Positions 18,607-29,900 of a stretch of DNA of 39,473 bases are shown here, in pieces. Every line of letters begins with the position of its first letter. The first letter of the stretch is position 1. The DNA comes from Candidatus Binatia bacterium (lineage in GTDB: Bacteria > Desulfobacterota > Binatia > HRBIN30), in the NCBI GenBank assembly GCA_038245295.1, contig JBBRSP010000042.1, positions 1-39,473 on the forward strand, in the 5' to 3' direction. The notes beneath the pieces were generated by a model. It was not told the DNA's origin. It did not search any database and was given only the letters and a program-made list of their open reading frames with translations. Both the position numbers and the translations under genes were made by a program.

Positions 18607-18884
18607 TGGACCACCGGGTGGTTTCCTTCGCCGACAAGTTCCGTGCTGTGGTGAACGAACGAGTCGTCCAATCTCATCATCTCGCCTCCGCCCGGAGCCG
18701 ACTCGATCGCGCCGGGCGTTGGGACAATCGCAGTTGGGGTCTCAATAGTGTTCGTCGACGACCCGGGAGAGGTCGAGGCTCCCTCCAACTTTCGCTCCCA
18801 GGCCTCAACCCCGGACGCACACAGAAGGAGTGCCGCCAGGGCCAGCCCACAGCCGAACAACGTGGCCCGGTTAACGGAGAACAC
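18597..18884 (-). CDS. Small secreted hypothetical protein (start uncertain)
   Basis: Signal-like RATLFGCGLALAALLLCASGVEA followed by an S/T/P-rich tail; fills the gap between two co-oriented genes and overlaps both. Confidence 0.5.
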   Translation of the reverse strand: MFSVNRATLFGCGLALAALLLCASGVEAWERKLEGASTSPGSSTNTIETPTAIVPTPGAIESAPGGGEMMRLDDSFVHHSTELVGEGNHPVVQCR

Positions 18885-20418
18885 AAGTAGCTCCAGCGAC
18901 GTACCCAAAGATGATCGCCCCGAGAGAAGCGAGTTGTGTTGGCGGGATCTCGGGATTGACGGCTCGTCGAACGAAGATGAGGAGCACAACCAGCGCAAGG
19001 ACAAATCCGGGAATCATTGACACGCGTGGAAACCACAACGGGGAGACGTAGGCAGTGACACTAGCGAAGGCGATCCCTGACCAGGCGGAGCCGTACCACG
19101 TTGGTCTCGGGTCAATCAGAACCATCCAGAAGGTTGGAAATGACACTATCGCCACCAGCACCATCAAAACCACCCGAGGGTTGGAAACCACAACGATATA
19201 GTGTTCGAGGAGGAGACAGCGCACCGTGAACATCGTGAGGAAGGCTACTCCCACTTCGCGACCGATGCCAGAGGATTGGCAGGCAACAAAGCGAAAACTT
19301 TCAAGCCTCTTCTTAAGGAGTGTGAGTGGACCAAACATCACGAGGGGGCCGACGGAAAGAAGCACGAAGACCTGACTTTCAAAGGGTCCTTGCCACTCCG
19401 TGACGTGTGCAACCCCCCAACTCGCAATACGGAGACCCAAGCACCAACATCCGAGTTCTACTGCTGGCCAACCTAGTCTGCGCAACGGTCCCTCACGCGA
19501 TGGAATACTTGCTGACAGCCCTCGTGTGGGGGGCAACGTTACCACGATCAGAAACAACCCGAGGGTGCCCAGCCACACCCTTCGCCATCTTGGGGGTTGC
19601 AGTGGTGTCGAGGCAGGCTCAGACGTTCGTAGCGAACGTGATAACCATTGTAGGGCTTCTCGTCGCGCCTCGGCGCTAAACAGCACATCCACATGTCCAT
19701 AAGATGGAACCTTAACCAGCTTTCGCGCCGTGCCGTCGTCAAAGGATCCAATACTACCAACTCCGGAGAGGACTCCTCGTGTCGCTCGTCGAATCAGAAC
19801 CTTATCGGTAGAGTCGAGAACAAAGTGATCCTCTGCTCCGTACAAAAGAAGAAGGTTCTGAGGAGCAACGTGGTTCACATACTCGGCGTGTGCAACCGAA
19901 GCACTGAGCGAGACAGTTGCGTTGATTCCCCAGTCCGCACTCGCGGCGGCCAGTACAGCGCTACCTCCGTCGCTATGACCGAGCAACGCGATACGAGACG
20001 GATCAACACGACGATCCGCGCGGAGGAAGTTTACCGCCCCTACAACCTCAGTTGCCAGGGTATCGAGCTTCCACGGCGGCAACGCTTGCCGCCACAACAC
20101 ACCGCCGCTCTCCCCAGAGCCGAAGCGATCGATCAGAAGCGTCGCAACTCCCATTCGTGTGAGATCATCTACCCATGGGTGGAACATGAAGGCACGATTC
20201 GCGAAGTAGCCATGCACGACGACAACGGCAGGGATGGGGTCACGCACCTGATGCGGCCAGACGAGTGTGCCGCGAACCGGAATACCAGACACAGTGAGGG
20301 TGACGTCTTGGATCTCGCAGTTTGAACACAACCGTTCGCCGGGAGCTGAGACACCAATGGCACATGCGATCACCCCGAGAAGAGTGACCGTCAGACGCAC
20401 AGAACTTTGACACCGCAC
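18871..20418 (-). CDS. Alpha/beta hydrolase with C-terminal multi-TM domain
   Basis: PAVVVVHGYF, VDPSRIALLGHSDGG (GxSxG), LLLYGAED, GHVDVL triad positions; hydrophobic C-terminal half. Confidence 0.85.
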   Translation of the reverse strand: MRCQSSVRLTVTLLGVIACAIGVSAPGERLCSNCEIQDVTLTVSGIPVRGTLVWPHQVRDPIPAVVVVHGYFANRAFMFHPWVDDLTRMGVATLLIDRFGSGESGGVLWRQALPPWKLDTLATEVVGAVNFLRADRRVDPSRIALLGHSDGGSAVLAAASADWGINATVSLSASVAHAEYVNHVAPQNLLLLYGAEDHFVLDSTDKVLIRRATRGVLSGVGSIGSFDDGTARKLVKVPSYGHVDVLFSAEARREALQWLSRSLRTSEPASTPLQPPRWRRVWLGTLGLFLIVVTLPPTRGLSASIPSREGPLRRLGWPAVELGCWCLGLRIASWGVAHVTEWQGPFESQVFVLLSVGPLVMFGPLTLLKKRLESFRFVACQSSGIGREVGVAFLTMFTVRCLLLEHYIVVVSNPRVVLMVLVAIVSFPTFWMVLIDPRPTWYGSAWSGIAFASVTAYVSPLWFPRVSMIPGFVLALVVLLIFVRRAVNPEIPPTQLASLGAIIFGYVAGATCVLR

Positions 20419-20443
20419 GCGCAGCTTCTGCTTGACGTTGACA

Positions 20444-22471
20444 TCACGAGGTGGTGATGTTGGTCCACCCGATGAGCGCCAAGAGGTCTGCCGCCGTTAT
20501 CCGCCCGTCGCCGTTGAGATCCGCGCTCCGACAGATCGGTGGCGGATCAGCTTCGAAGATGCCACGCAACACTCCTATCACCGACGAGTCTTCAACGACC
20601 TCTGTACAGATCGCAACTGAGAGATCGGCGATTTGAAGACCGCCCCCCTCGTCGAAGACGGCGGCCCGAATCGAAGTTGTGCCGATCTCGTTCGTCGTGG
20701 TGTGCCAAACAAACTTAGCCGTGCCGTCATGATTGTCATCAAATTCGGCTCCGACAGGAATGTCCCCCGATGAAAGACTTTGCGCGAAGAACGAAAGCGG
20801 GTCTCCATCCGGGTCGGACGCGCTGAGCGTTAGCTCTATGGCTTCTCCAGCGCGCACGCGAATCGTGCGCGGCGGTGACCATATGGGGCTCCTGTTGGCG
20901 GGTCTCTTCCGGACGGCTCGGACCGCGCCCATGATTAGGCCGGTTTCCCTGACGATCTGTGGTCCATCCAAACTGCAGCCTTCCACACTGAATATCGGAA
21001 GACCGAACACTGCGACGGACCCGTCTTGACTAACGATCGGAAAGTATGGGGGACAACCTGTCGACGCAGACCCAACACCACCCACCGTGTCGGTGATCTG
21101 TTCATATGTGCCTTGCGTACGATCATACAAGAACAGCTCAAGATTGTGGTCCTCGTTCCCCACGTTCGGATCCAGGTCGGCACGAGTGCTGACAACGACA
21201 GAGCCGGCTTCACGGGTGATCACAGCGTCAAAGACGCCATAGTCTGACGGAGGGCCGACCGGGTCGAACAACTCGGCCGAGTCCGTATTCAAGAGCGTGG
21301 GGAACCCTTGGTCGGTGCCCGCTGTTCCCAGCCGAACCGTTGTGAATGACAACCACTCTCCGTTAGCGCTCAGCGCGGGTCCGAACACATGCGTTATCTG
21401 CGGAGACAATTCCTTTACGAGTCGCCAAGTTTGCGTGTCGATTGTGTACTCGAACACATTGCAACTGCCGGGACGCCTGACGGCAATCCCGAGCCCTGAC
21501 TCGGTGATGACAAAGATGCGCTTCCCGTCCCCAGTAATTAGTGGCCGGGTCGCCGTGGTGCTAGGACAGATAGCCCCCTCGGTAATGATGCTGTCGGGTG
21601 CGTCTGTAATTCGAAGGACCGCCCCAGTTTCGACGTCGAACGAGTAGTACTGTTTTGAAAGCGGATCTGGATTAGATGGATCCTTAGCCTGGACCGCGCC
21701 CCGATTGCCGGAAAAATCTATGGAGCTATATGCGCCGGCTTGAGGCATGATAAACCTAGTATCGCCTGTAGTAATTTCGGTGAAGCCTAAACCAAGCTGA
21801 CGATCGAAAGTGCCGAGGAAAAAGAAGCGTGAACCATCTCCGGACAACTGTATCGCAAGAGAGCCGCCAACCTTAGACGGCAGTGGCACGCGTTTCCCGG
21901 TCAAACGATCGAGGATAAAATACATCTCATCACCTTGGGGATCATACGGTGCCCCGACGGCGATTCTACTCACGGCGGAATCCGCCGTAAGGCCACCCCA
22001 CGACGGACGGCGAAAGTCCCCCGCGTACATCGGAATGAGAGCAAAGTGCGAATCGACCAAACGGATAGTCTGCGATGCTGTCACTTCGCGCCCGGAAGGA
22101 CCCACTATAAGACGAAGGGTGTACACGCCAGCATCGAGTTTATCGCTTTTGACATCGCCGACCGATTGGAATCGTGTCGACCCATTTCCGCTCGCGAGTA
22201 GCTGCGCTATCCCTGTCGAGTTAAGCAACTCGAGATGCCAAGGGACCTCACTTTCGTTAGACTCACCGTAGACATCGATAACAACAGAAACATCAGAGCC
22301 TTTGGAGAGGTGCAATCCGCCAGGGGGTGATACAATCTTCCCGACAAATCCCGCCTCTGCCACCGCAGAAGAATAGAGAAACATTCCAAGGGCGAGAATC
22401 CAGCAACGACCGCTCCGGAACGGCTCACTTCTCACCGGGCGTGAAACTCCCTGTCCAAACCCCGCTGTCAT
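20444..22471 (-). CDS. Secreted TolB-like propeller + Ig-like domain + dockerin (start may be about 10 codons downstream)
   Basis: LSGDGSRFF, ITGDGKRIF, LSANGEWL, VSQDGSVAV blades; ASDPDGDPLSF...DNHDGTAKFVW Ig motif; CRSADLNGDGRITAADLLALI tail. Confidence 0.82.
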   Translation of the reverse strand: MTAGFGQGVSRPVRSEPFRSGRCWILALGMFLYSSAVAEAGFVGKIVSPPGGLHLSKGSDVSVVIDVYGESNESEVPWHLELLNSTGIAQLLASGNGSTRFQSVGDVKSDKLDAGVYTLRLIVGPSGREVTASQTIRLVDSHFALIPMYAGDFRRPSWGGLTADSAVSRIAVGAPYDPQGDEMYFILDRLTGKRVPLPSKVGGSLAIQLSGDGSRFFFLGTFDRQLGLGFTEITTGDTRFIMPQAGAYSSIDFSGNRGAVQAKDPSNPDPLSKQYYSFDVETGAVLRITDAPDSIITEGAICPSTTATRPLITGDGKRIFVITESGLGIAVRRPGSCNVFEYTIDTQTWRLVKELSPQITHVFGPALSANGEWLSFTTVRLGTAGTDQGFPTLLNTDSAELFDPVGPPSDYGVFDAVITREAGSVVVSTRADLDPNVGNEDHNLELFLYDRTQGTYEQITDTVGGVGSASTGCPPYFPIVSQDGSVAVFGLPIFSVEGCSLDGPQIVRETGLIMGAVRAVRKRPANRSPIWSPPRTIRVRAGEAIELTLSASDPDGDPLSFFAQSLSSGDIPVGAEFDDNHDGTAKFVWHTTTNEIGTTSIRAAVFDEGGGLQIADLSVAICTEVVEDSSVIGVLRGIFEADPPPICRSADLNGDGRITAADLLALIGWTNITTS

Positions 22472-22817
22472 TAACGGCGGAACTTTCCCACTCGCCCTTC
22501 ACTGCCCCATCCTCAACTTTACCAGAGAAACTGGCCACCTTTCCGGCCTCAGTCACGACCCCCAATACGATTTGCGAACCGTTGAACGTACCCTCTACCT
22601 GTCCACCACGGAACGTATTTGAACCCTGCAAGCTGAAGGTACCGGTCAGGCCATCTCCCTTGCGCGTCAACTTGGTGGACCAAGTTCCTCGAATAGATTC
22701 TCCAGAGAGACTCTGCCAATCACCCTTCCCGAAAAGCTCATCTGCCGCGGCTACGCCGGCAATACTCGCGGCAATGACGACGAGGAGGAGAATCTTGTTG
22801 ATCTGCTTTCGATACAT
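22425..22817 (-). CDS. Small secreted beta-rich hypothetical protein
   Basis: Signal peptide MYRKQINKILLLVVIAASIAGVAAA; Gly/Trp beta repeats (GTWST, LTGTF, VKGEWE, SGVWTG). Confidence 0.8.
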   Translation of the reverse strand: MYRKQINKILLLVVIAASIAGVAAADELFGKGDWQSLSGESIRGTWSTKLTRKGDGLTGTFSLQGSNTFRGGQVEGTFNGSQIVLGVVTEAGKVASFSGKVEDGAVKGEWESSAVNDSGVWTGSFTPGEK

Positions 22818-22840
22818 GAGTTCGACTCCCTTCAAAGAAT

Positions 22841-25006
22841 TCATAAACCAGTACAGAACGGGATACTGGAACTCGTAATCGGATTGCCGAGGCTATTTTT
22901 CTTCGACGTACGCACCGACTCGGAGCCTCCAATACACGAGAACTGAGCTGGCAACTTCGCTTCAAGCATCCTCGGCGTAACTCCGAGCACATCCATGTTG
23001 ATCCATGTCGCCGTGCTGTCTTGGAACTGTAGGCAGTTTCCTGTGAGAGTAGCGCAGGTGTTGCGTCTCGTATCTGTGCAGCAGCTGTTTGAACCGAGCC
23101 CCAAAGTACACAATGGGCTCCCGCTTGGAGCGGGATTCCCCTCAACTGCATTCAGCTTGTCTCCGAAGACACGGATTGTTTGACTCGCCGCAATCGCTCG
23201 TTGCGGCGCTGCGGTCGTTATCGTCCAACCAGCCGCCGCATCGGCGGTCGGGGATTGGACAGTCCCGAGGTTGATCGGTCCGCCACCGGCCGCGGCACAT
23301 TCATCGGCGTAGTGTCCTCCAGACTGCGTACCAGCCCACTGGTTGTCAGTTGCCTGAACGGTCACACCTGAATAGCCGTTGAGAAGACCACATTGCCGGT
23401 TAGAAACGAAGGCTGACGACGACGACAGATTGTAGCTACCGCTCGTTGTCGGTTGGACAGCGGCACCATAGCCGCTACCGAGAAAAATCGAGGTGTCTCC
23501 GTTGTAGGACGCCGCAATACCCCCGCGGCTGTTGACCAGAGGATCCCCTGGTGAGTAGCCCAAAAACGTGTCGTCGGCGGCGTAGAGTCCCGAGCTGCCG
23601 TTTCCGCAGAAGTAGTCGTTTTTAGGTAGGTAGGTAGAAGCCGTGCCCGCAGCAATCATTCCGAAAAAAGTGTTGTTTCGAAACACCGAGCCCTCGGTAT
23701 CCAAACTCGAAGCGGACGGAGTGCTTTGGCCGGGAAGTATGGGCTCTGAGCGTCCGAAGTAGATGCCATTCGCAAAGTTCTGCATCACCGCGTTATCGCT
23801 GGCACGGGCACCTGCACGCTCAACGGTACTATTCTTGAGCGACACGGTGGTGGGGTCCATCGCGCGGATATTCCCCTTGTAGTTGTGATGAATCCAAGAG
23901 TTTTCGATTAGCGCTCGGACGCTGGTGCCATAGTCTGAGCCGGCGAATTCTCCGAGTTCGATCCCCTGATCAACCCCCGCTCGAACCTCGCTGTTCCGAA
24001 CGGTCACACTGCTCGAAACAGGGTCCCCGGTGTGGCCACGGATCCGAAGAGCATCTTCAGCACTATTGCAATAATTGGGCATGCTAGCGCAGTTCTGGGC
24101 CATGCCAGCGTCCACAAGCGAGTGCTCAATTATAAGCCCTTTGACGTTCAACGTTGCTTCGATCACGGAAACAGGGGGATTAGTCGTCGACGCGACACCT
24201 TTAATCGACAATCCGCGCAGGGTAACGTCATTGCTGTTGATCTGAAAGTTTCCCCCATCGGGGAATTGCAGTACGCGGTTAAACGATGGCGCCACATTTC
24301 GATTTGCATCGCCAACCAGCCACGGGTCGCCGTTGATGTCGACACCGTCGATCACCAACGCCTTGTTCCCAGCTCTAGTTATACTCAGGCTGTTGCTGAG
24401 CGTTCCTGGCGAAACCCCCACCTGGATCAATAGAGGATCGGCGCTTGACGCTTCCGTCTCAGCCTTGGCGACCGCTCCTCGGATACCACAGCTGGTGGCT
24501 GGCGATGCCGCGTTGATGTTACAGGTTTCCGAACCACTGTCGCCTGTTTTGTTAACCGCAATTGATCGCGTGTAGTGCTTCCATTGAACCACCGGAGGTG
24601 AAGCAACCGCTGGAGGTGTGGGGCTTGGATTGGTCCAGACAACTTCGCCACGCTGCTGCTGTGTAACGGTTAGCGTTCCGTCAGTGTACGAAACCTTATG
24701 AACCCACACTCCCGAGTTCAGATTGCCAACCAGGCATGTGCCTGAAGACGTATTGCCGGCTGCGATTGTACAGGTGGCCGAATACGAGGATGACTTGTTC
24801 GTACATGTCGCATACGATCCCAGAAGTGTTCCGGAAATGGTTGTCGCAATGGTCTGACTCGTCGACGCTGCCGATCGGGTAACAGTTACCGCAACCTTCG
24901 CACCTCCGGTCGGACACGACACGGCAAGGGCCGCATTGCAAAGCAATTGTACACCGCCCATCGCGAGCGCAACAGTCCCGAGTGTTCGGCCTCTTGCTGG
25001 CGACAT
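22841..25006 (-). CDS. Secreted right-handed beta-helix (pectin-lyase-like fold) protein, Cys-rich termini
   Basis: Signal peptide; NDVTLRGLSI, VTVRNSEV, IENSWIHHN, VFRNNTFFG rungs; GAGGG RBS. Confidence 0.8.
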   Translation of the reverse strand: MSPARGRTLGTVALAMGGVQLLCNAALAVSCPTGGAKVAVTVTRSAASTSQTIATTISGTLLGSYATCTNKSSSYSATCTIAAGNTSSGTCLVGNLNSGVWVHKVSYTDGTLTVTQQQRGEVVWTNPSPTPPAVASPPVVQWKHYTRSIAVNKTGDSGSETCNINAASPATSCGIRGAVAKAETEASSADPLLIQVGVSPGTLSNSLSITRAGNKALVIDGVDINGDPWLVGDANRNVAPSFNRVLQFPDGGNFQINSNDVTLRGLSIKGVASTTNPPVSVIEATLNVKGLIIEHSLVDAGMAQNCASMPNYCNSAEDALRIRGHTGDPVSSSVTVRNSEVRAGVDQGIELGEFAGSDYGTSVRALIENSWIHHNYKGNIRAMDPTTVSLKNSTVERAGARASDNAVMQNFANGIYFGRSEPILPGQSTPSASSLDTEGSVFRNNTFFGMIAAGTASTYLPKNDYFCGNGSSGLYAADDTFLGYSPGDPLVNSRGGIAASYNGDTSIFLGSGYGAAVQPTTSGSYNLSSSSAFVSNRQCGLLNGYSGVTVQATDNQWAGTQSGGHYADECAAAGGGPINLGTVQSPTADAAAGWTITTAAPQRAIAASQTIRVFGDKLNAVEGNPAPSGSPLCTLGLGSNSCCTDTRRNTCATLTGNCLQFQDSTATWINMDVLGVTPRMLEAKLPAQFSCIGGSESVRTSKKNSLGNPITSSSIPFCTGL

Positions 25007-25026
25007 GGTAGGTCCCCTCTCTTTGG

Positions 25027-25860
25027 CTAAGGTTCCGAGAGCGCGCTACATGCCCGATTAGAGACGAAGATGCAAGCATTCTTCAAATCATCTCGGATGT
25101 CGCACCCAAGTCTCTCGACGCTCGACTCGGCATGACTGCACTTGGGGGCTGCGAGTGCAGCGCACGCCTTGTCGTAGTCCCCCTGATCGAAGTTGAGTCG
25201 TGCCTGCAAGACACGGCCGAGCCAATCTCCGTCTGGGCTCGCTCTTGCCACATCAACCGCAACGCGGGGGCCATCAGGCCCACTCAGCAGAAGTTCAGCT
25301 ACCAATTGGCTTAGTTCATCTGCGTTGCCCGGCGGTCGACTTAAGGCAGATCGGAGGCGCGGGAGGAATTCTGTGCGCCGAACCACTGCTTGTTGGATCT
25401 GGTCGTCAATCCAGAGACGAGCTTCGGTCGCACCCTCCCCGATGAGTCCTGCCGCAACAAGGAATCGGGCCTTGTTGAGCTCGATGAGAACCTCATCGGC
25501 GTATGGGTACAACAATCTTATCGCATCAACATACTCTAGTGCGATGAAGGCATCGGTGGGTTTCCGCTCCCGCAGTTGAGCCAACGCTCGCTCCGCAGCA
25601 AGCAGCGCACCATGATTGTCGTTGATTCCGAGGCAGAGCAACGCCTCAGCTCGCACGAGATCCTTTCGTAGCGGAGGCAAAGTCTGTGCAAACGCAAGTG
25701 CACGTTCGCACTGCTCATCGTCAAACGGACTTCTTGTGGAGTGCGCGGCGTGATCATTTCCTCCCCTGGCTTGGGACGAGATCAGTGCGACTGGAATCAC
25801 AAGACCAAAGAGGTAACGACGCATTCGGCGCCACGCCACCATCGCCGTGACGGCGTCCAC
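25027..25860 (-). CDS. Secreted alpha-helical (TPR-like) hypothetical protein
   Basis: Signal-like MRRYLFGLVIPVALISSQARG; Ala/Leu helical repeats, ARLNFDQGDYDKA. Confidence 0.7.
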   Translation of the reverse strand: MDAVTAMVAWRRMRRYLFGLVIPVALISSQARGGNDHAAHSTRSPFDDEQCERALAFAQTLPPLRKDLVRAEALLCLGINDNHGALLAAERALAQLRERKPTDAFIALEYVDAIRLLYPYADEVLIELNKARFLVAAGLIGEGATEARLWIDDQIQQAVVRRTEFLPRLRSALSRPPGNADELSQLVAELLLSGPDGPRVAVDVARASPDGDWLGRVLQARLNFDQGDYDKACAALAAPKCSHAESSVERLGCDIRDDLKNACIFVSNRACSALSEP

Positions 25861-26245
25861 TACCGCGCTCTCGCAGGACGTGAATTCTTGCCGGTATGCT
25901 TGGAACTCGATAAACGCGCGTGTTGAGCGTCATTGCGGTTAGCGCGCGTCCTGGGAACTTCAGCGACGAAGTACAGTTCACCCTTCATGATGGTCAGTTG
26001 GCAGATCGAGCAGAATAATCGCTGCTCCAAGATGCCCTGCAGCGTATCTCGCCACGAGTTGCAGAGATCGGCGAGCGGAGCCTTGTCCGAATGGGACTCG
26101 AAGCATGCGGGTCTGTGGGTCATGCGCACCTGGTACATCGAAGGCAGGGCGTTGGGCAATTCCATCTGATCGCGGGGAGCGCTCGATTCTTCACTTTTGC
26201 CACGGCCGGGTGTATGGGTCGAACCGTACGGAAGGGGGGACCTTC

Positions 26246-26911
26246 ATGGCACAACGAGGTGGAATCGATACCGCCATCGGTCACTGGGCGCAGCTCATGG
26301 AAGGGATGCAGGCGTCGTCCCTCGATTTCTATGACGCGATCGAGGCCGCAATCAAACGCCGCGAAATTCCCGATTGCAAGCTTCGGCGCGTTCTCTGGCC
26401 CGAGGGCGGCTTCCTTTCGGCGAGGCGCGAGTACCTGCGCGCCAAACGGGCGGGGTACCATATCGACATCTGCGGCGCTCCATTCGGGACAGCCTTCTTC
26501 TCGTCATCGTGGCTGTGCATCCCACCGCCGACGATATGGGTGGCGGTCGTCCTTTTCCTCATCGGCCTCTTCTACGGCCTCCAAAACCTCGAACGATTCG
26601 TGTTCTTTGCACGGGGGAACGGGTTCCTGAATCTGTTCGCATTCGATGCCCTCCGTCCCACGGCGATCGAGCTGGCCGCAATCCTGGGCCTCGATTTTGT
26701 GTTCCTCGTTTGCGTCGCGATCTTTGGCATCATCCGTCCGCTGTTCTTCCCACCGCGCCTGACCTTCTACCGCATTGACACCGCCGACATGTTCTACCGC
26801 GCCGTCCAAGCCGCAGTACGTGAAGTGGTCGACGGACTTCGTTCTGCGCAGGGGCTGCGTGCTCTGACCGACGAAGAGTGGAAGCCGGTCATGAGGGAAT
26901 TCAGCCGCTGA
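26246..26911 (+). CDS. Hypothetical membrane protein (2 TM), directly upstream of the ATPase
   Basis: G-rich RBS before ATG 26246; soluble N-terminal domain (SSLDFYDAIE...EGGFLSARREYLR...DICGAPFG), two TMs, TFYRIDT; 7 bp gap to the next gene. Confidence 0.82.
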   Translation: MAQRGGIDTAIGHWAQLMEGMQASSLDFYDAIEAAIKRREIPDCKLRRVLWPEGGFLSARREYLRAKRAGYHIDICGAPFGTAFFSSSWLCIPPPTIWVAVVLFLIGLFYGLQNLERFVFFARGNGFLNLFAFDALRPTAIELAAILGLDFVFLVCVAIFGIIRPLFFPPRLTFYRIDTADMFYRAVQAAVREVVDGLRSAQGLRALTDEEWKPVMREFSR

Positions 26912-26918
26912 GTGCGTC

Positions 26919-29900
26919 ATGGCCGATCGAACCGCACCCGTCCCCACCACCACCGAACTCCTGACCGCCCAGTTCTATGATTGGGAACGACGTGGGCGTG
27001 GCTGGCAGGTGTACGACGAACCGGTCGTGTTAGAGCCGCCATACCGTCCGTTCCATCGATATGTGCCGGTCTTGCCTTCTGGCGCCCGTCCGCCCGACGA
27101 CGGGCGAAGGGAGACATTCGCGAGCAGCCTCGTTTCGCTCGTCAAGAATTTGGTAACGCCACAACCGCCGAGTCAAACAGTTTTCCGGGAAGCCGAACCA
27201 GGCGTTGAAGGAGCCGACGATCTTGAAGAACCACGGACAGAACTCTCGATTGTTCTGCCCGCTGACGAGGACGTGAGCCGTGAAGCCGCTGAACAGCTCG
27301 TCCTCTCGCTCAGCACCTGTCCGTCGGTGATCGGCTTCGAGATGATTGGGACGCCGAGTTCAATCTCGGTGCAGATCTCCTGTCGCGAGGCGGAAGCCGT
27401 GCCTATCGCCCAGCAGATCACCGCTTATTTTCCCGAAGCCGTCATCGAAGAGCACCAGGACGTGCTCGTTCAATCTTGGCAGGACGCCGGCTGGCACGAA
27501 CGGTTCATCATCGACTTCGGATTGTCGAATGAGTTCATGCGCCCGATGCGCACCTTCAAGAACTTCGGCGTCGATCCGTTGATCGCGATCGCAGGCGCGC
27601 TGTCCGATGTTCGCTCCGGAGAAGTCGCCGTGCTGCAGGTACTCTTCCAATCGTGCCGCCATTCGTGGTCGGAGAGCATCATGCGGGCCGTGAGCGACGG
27701 CATGGGGGATTCGTTCTTCGCCGACGATCCGCAAATGATGAAGCTTGCCAAGGACAAGATTTCGCGTCCGCTTTCAGCGGTGGTGATCCGCGCCGGTGCA
27801 AAGGCGGCAACAGAGGGCAGGGCGGCCAAACTCGTCCGCGGACTCGCCCGTGCTCTCGGCCAGCTTGCCGAGCCGGCGAGTAACGAACTGATTCCCCTCA
27901 CGAACGACGAGTACGATGACGACGCGCACGAGTTCGCTCTGTTGAACCGCGCCACGCACCGGAGCGGGATGATCCTCAACACGGAAGAACTCGTCTCGCT
28001 GGTCCACCTGCCGTCTGCATCGGTGCGGCTAGCCAAGCTCGAACGCGAGCGGCAGAAGACGAAGGCCGCTCCGTCGACGGTGATCGGGCACGAGCTCGTG
28101 CTCGGTGAGAACCGACACGCCGGGAAGACTGTGACCGTTTCGCTGAACCAAGAACAGCGCAGCCGCCACGCCTATCTCATCGGTGCCAGTGGCACGGGCA
28201 AGTCGACGCTGCTTCTGAACATGATCATCCAGGACATCCGAAACGGCCAAGGCATCGGCGTGCTCGACCCGCACGGCGACTTAATTGACGCTATCCTTGG
28301 ACACATACCCGAGTCTCGATACGACGACGTCGTTCTGCTCGACCCGTCGGACGATCAATTCCCGGTCGGCTTCAACATCCTGTCAGCGCACTCGGAGCTG
28401 GAGAAGACGCTGCTTGCCTCGGACCTTGCGGCGATCTTCCGACGGTTCTCGACGTCTTTCGGCGACCAGATGCAAGCCGTTCTCAGCAACGCCATCCTCG
28501 CCATTCTCGAAAACGAACGCGGCGGCACTCTCCTTGACCTTCGCCGCTTCCTGACCGAGAAATCATTCCGTGAAGAATACCTCCGCAGCGTCACCGATCC
28601 CGAAATCTCGTACTACTTTCACCGTGAATTCCCACTCCTCAAAGGGAACCCTCAAGCCCCGATCCTCACTCGCCTCAATACCTTTCTACGCCCGAAACCG
28701 ATCCGGTACATGGTGGCGCAGCGCGAGGGCTTGGACTTCGGAAGCATCATGAACGACGGGAAGATCTTCCTCGCCAAGCTCGCCCATGGCCTCATTGGTG
28801 AAGAAAACTCGTACCTCCTGGGCGCCCTCCTCGTGACCAAGTTCCATCAGCTCGCCATGGGACGCCAAGAGATGGCCGCTGCAGGCCGCCGGCCCTTCAC
28901 GCTGTACATCGACGAGTTCCATAACTTCGTGACGCCAAGTGTCGCGTCGATTCTCTCGGCTGCCCGGAAGTATCGCCTCGGACTCGTTTTGGCGCATCAG
29001 GAGATGCGCCAGCTCTGGGATCAAGACGCGAACGTCGGGAGTGCCGTGCTCACCAACCCATGCACGCGGATCTGCTTCCGAGTCGGTGACTGGGACGCGA
29101 AGAAGCTGGCCGAAGGATTCTCATCGTTTAACGCAACCGACCTGCAGAGCCTTGGTGTCGGTGAAGCGATCTGTCGCGTCGAACGAGCCGAGCACGACTT
29201 CACGCTGAAGACGAATGCTCCGACAGTTGTCGATCCCACACTTGCCGAAACACGACGCGAAGAGGTCGTCCGCCGTTCTCGCGCCCACTACGCTCGGCCA
29301 CGGCCAGAGGTGGAGGGGATTCTCGCCGCGGCGCGTACTGATGCATTACCTGCCGATGAACCAAAGATCGCGGCGAAACTGAGCACGACCACCGAAGCGC
29401 GGCGGGTGGAACCGCCAGAAGCGGAAGCGCCACCTCGCACGGTCGCAGGATCGGCGGAGAACACGGGGCACACGCCACCGGAGAAGAAGATCCGTCCTGC
29501 TGTCGTTTCTCCGCCGGTCCTCGGACGCGGTGGACGCGAGCACAAGTACCTGCAGCATCTCGTGAAGCGATTGGCCGAGGACCGTGGCTATCGAGCCGTT
29601 ATTGAAGCACCGATCCTTGCCGGTGCCGGCAGTGTTGATGTGTCGTTGGAGAAAGGCGAGCGAAAGATTGCCTGCGAGATCTCGGTCACGAGCGAGACCG
29701 ACCACGAGATCGACAACATTCAAAAATGCCTGGCCGGTGGGTATGAGACGGTGGTGGCGCTGTCTTCTGATCCGAAGACTGTCCGGCGATTGAAGGAGCG
29801 CGCGACGTTGATCCTTGAACCTGAGACGCTTGAGCGCATCCGGTTCCTTCAACCGGAAGATCTGGTGCTCTTCCTCGACGAACTCGCCGCGGGCGAAGCA

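Noticed and set aside
25860..26165. 101-aa ORF heading the secreted cluster
   Set aside because: No motif, signal peptide or clear RBS; may be intergenic between divergent units.
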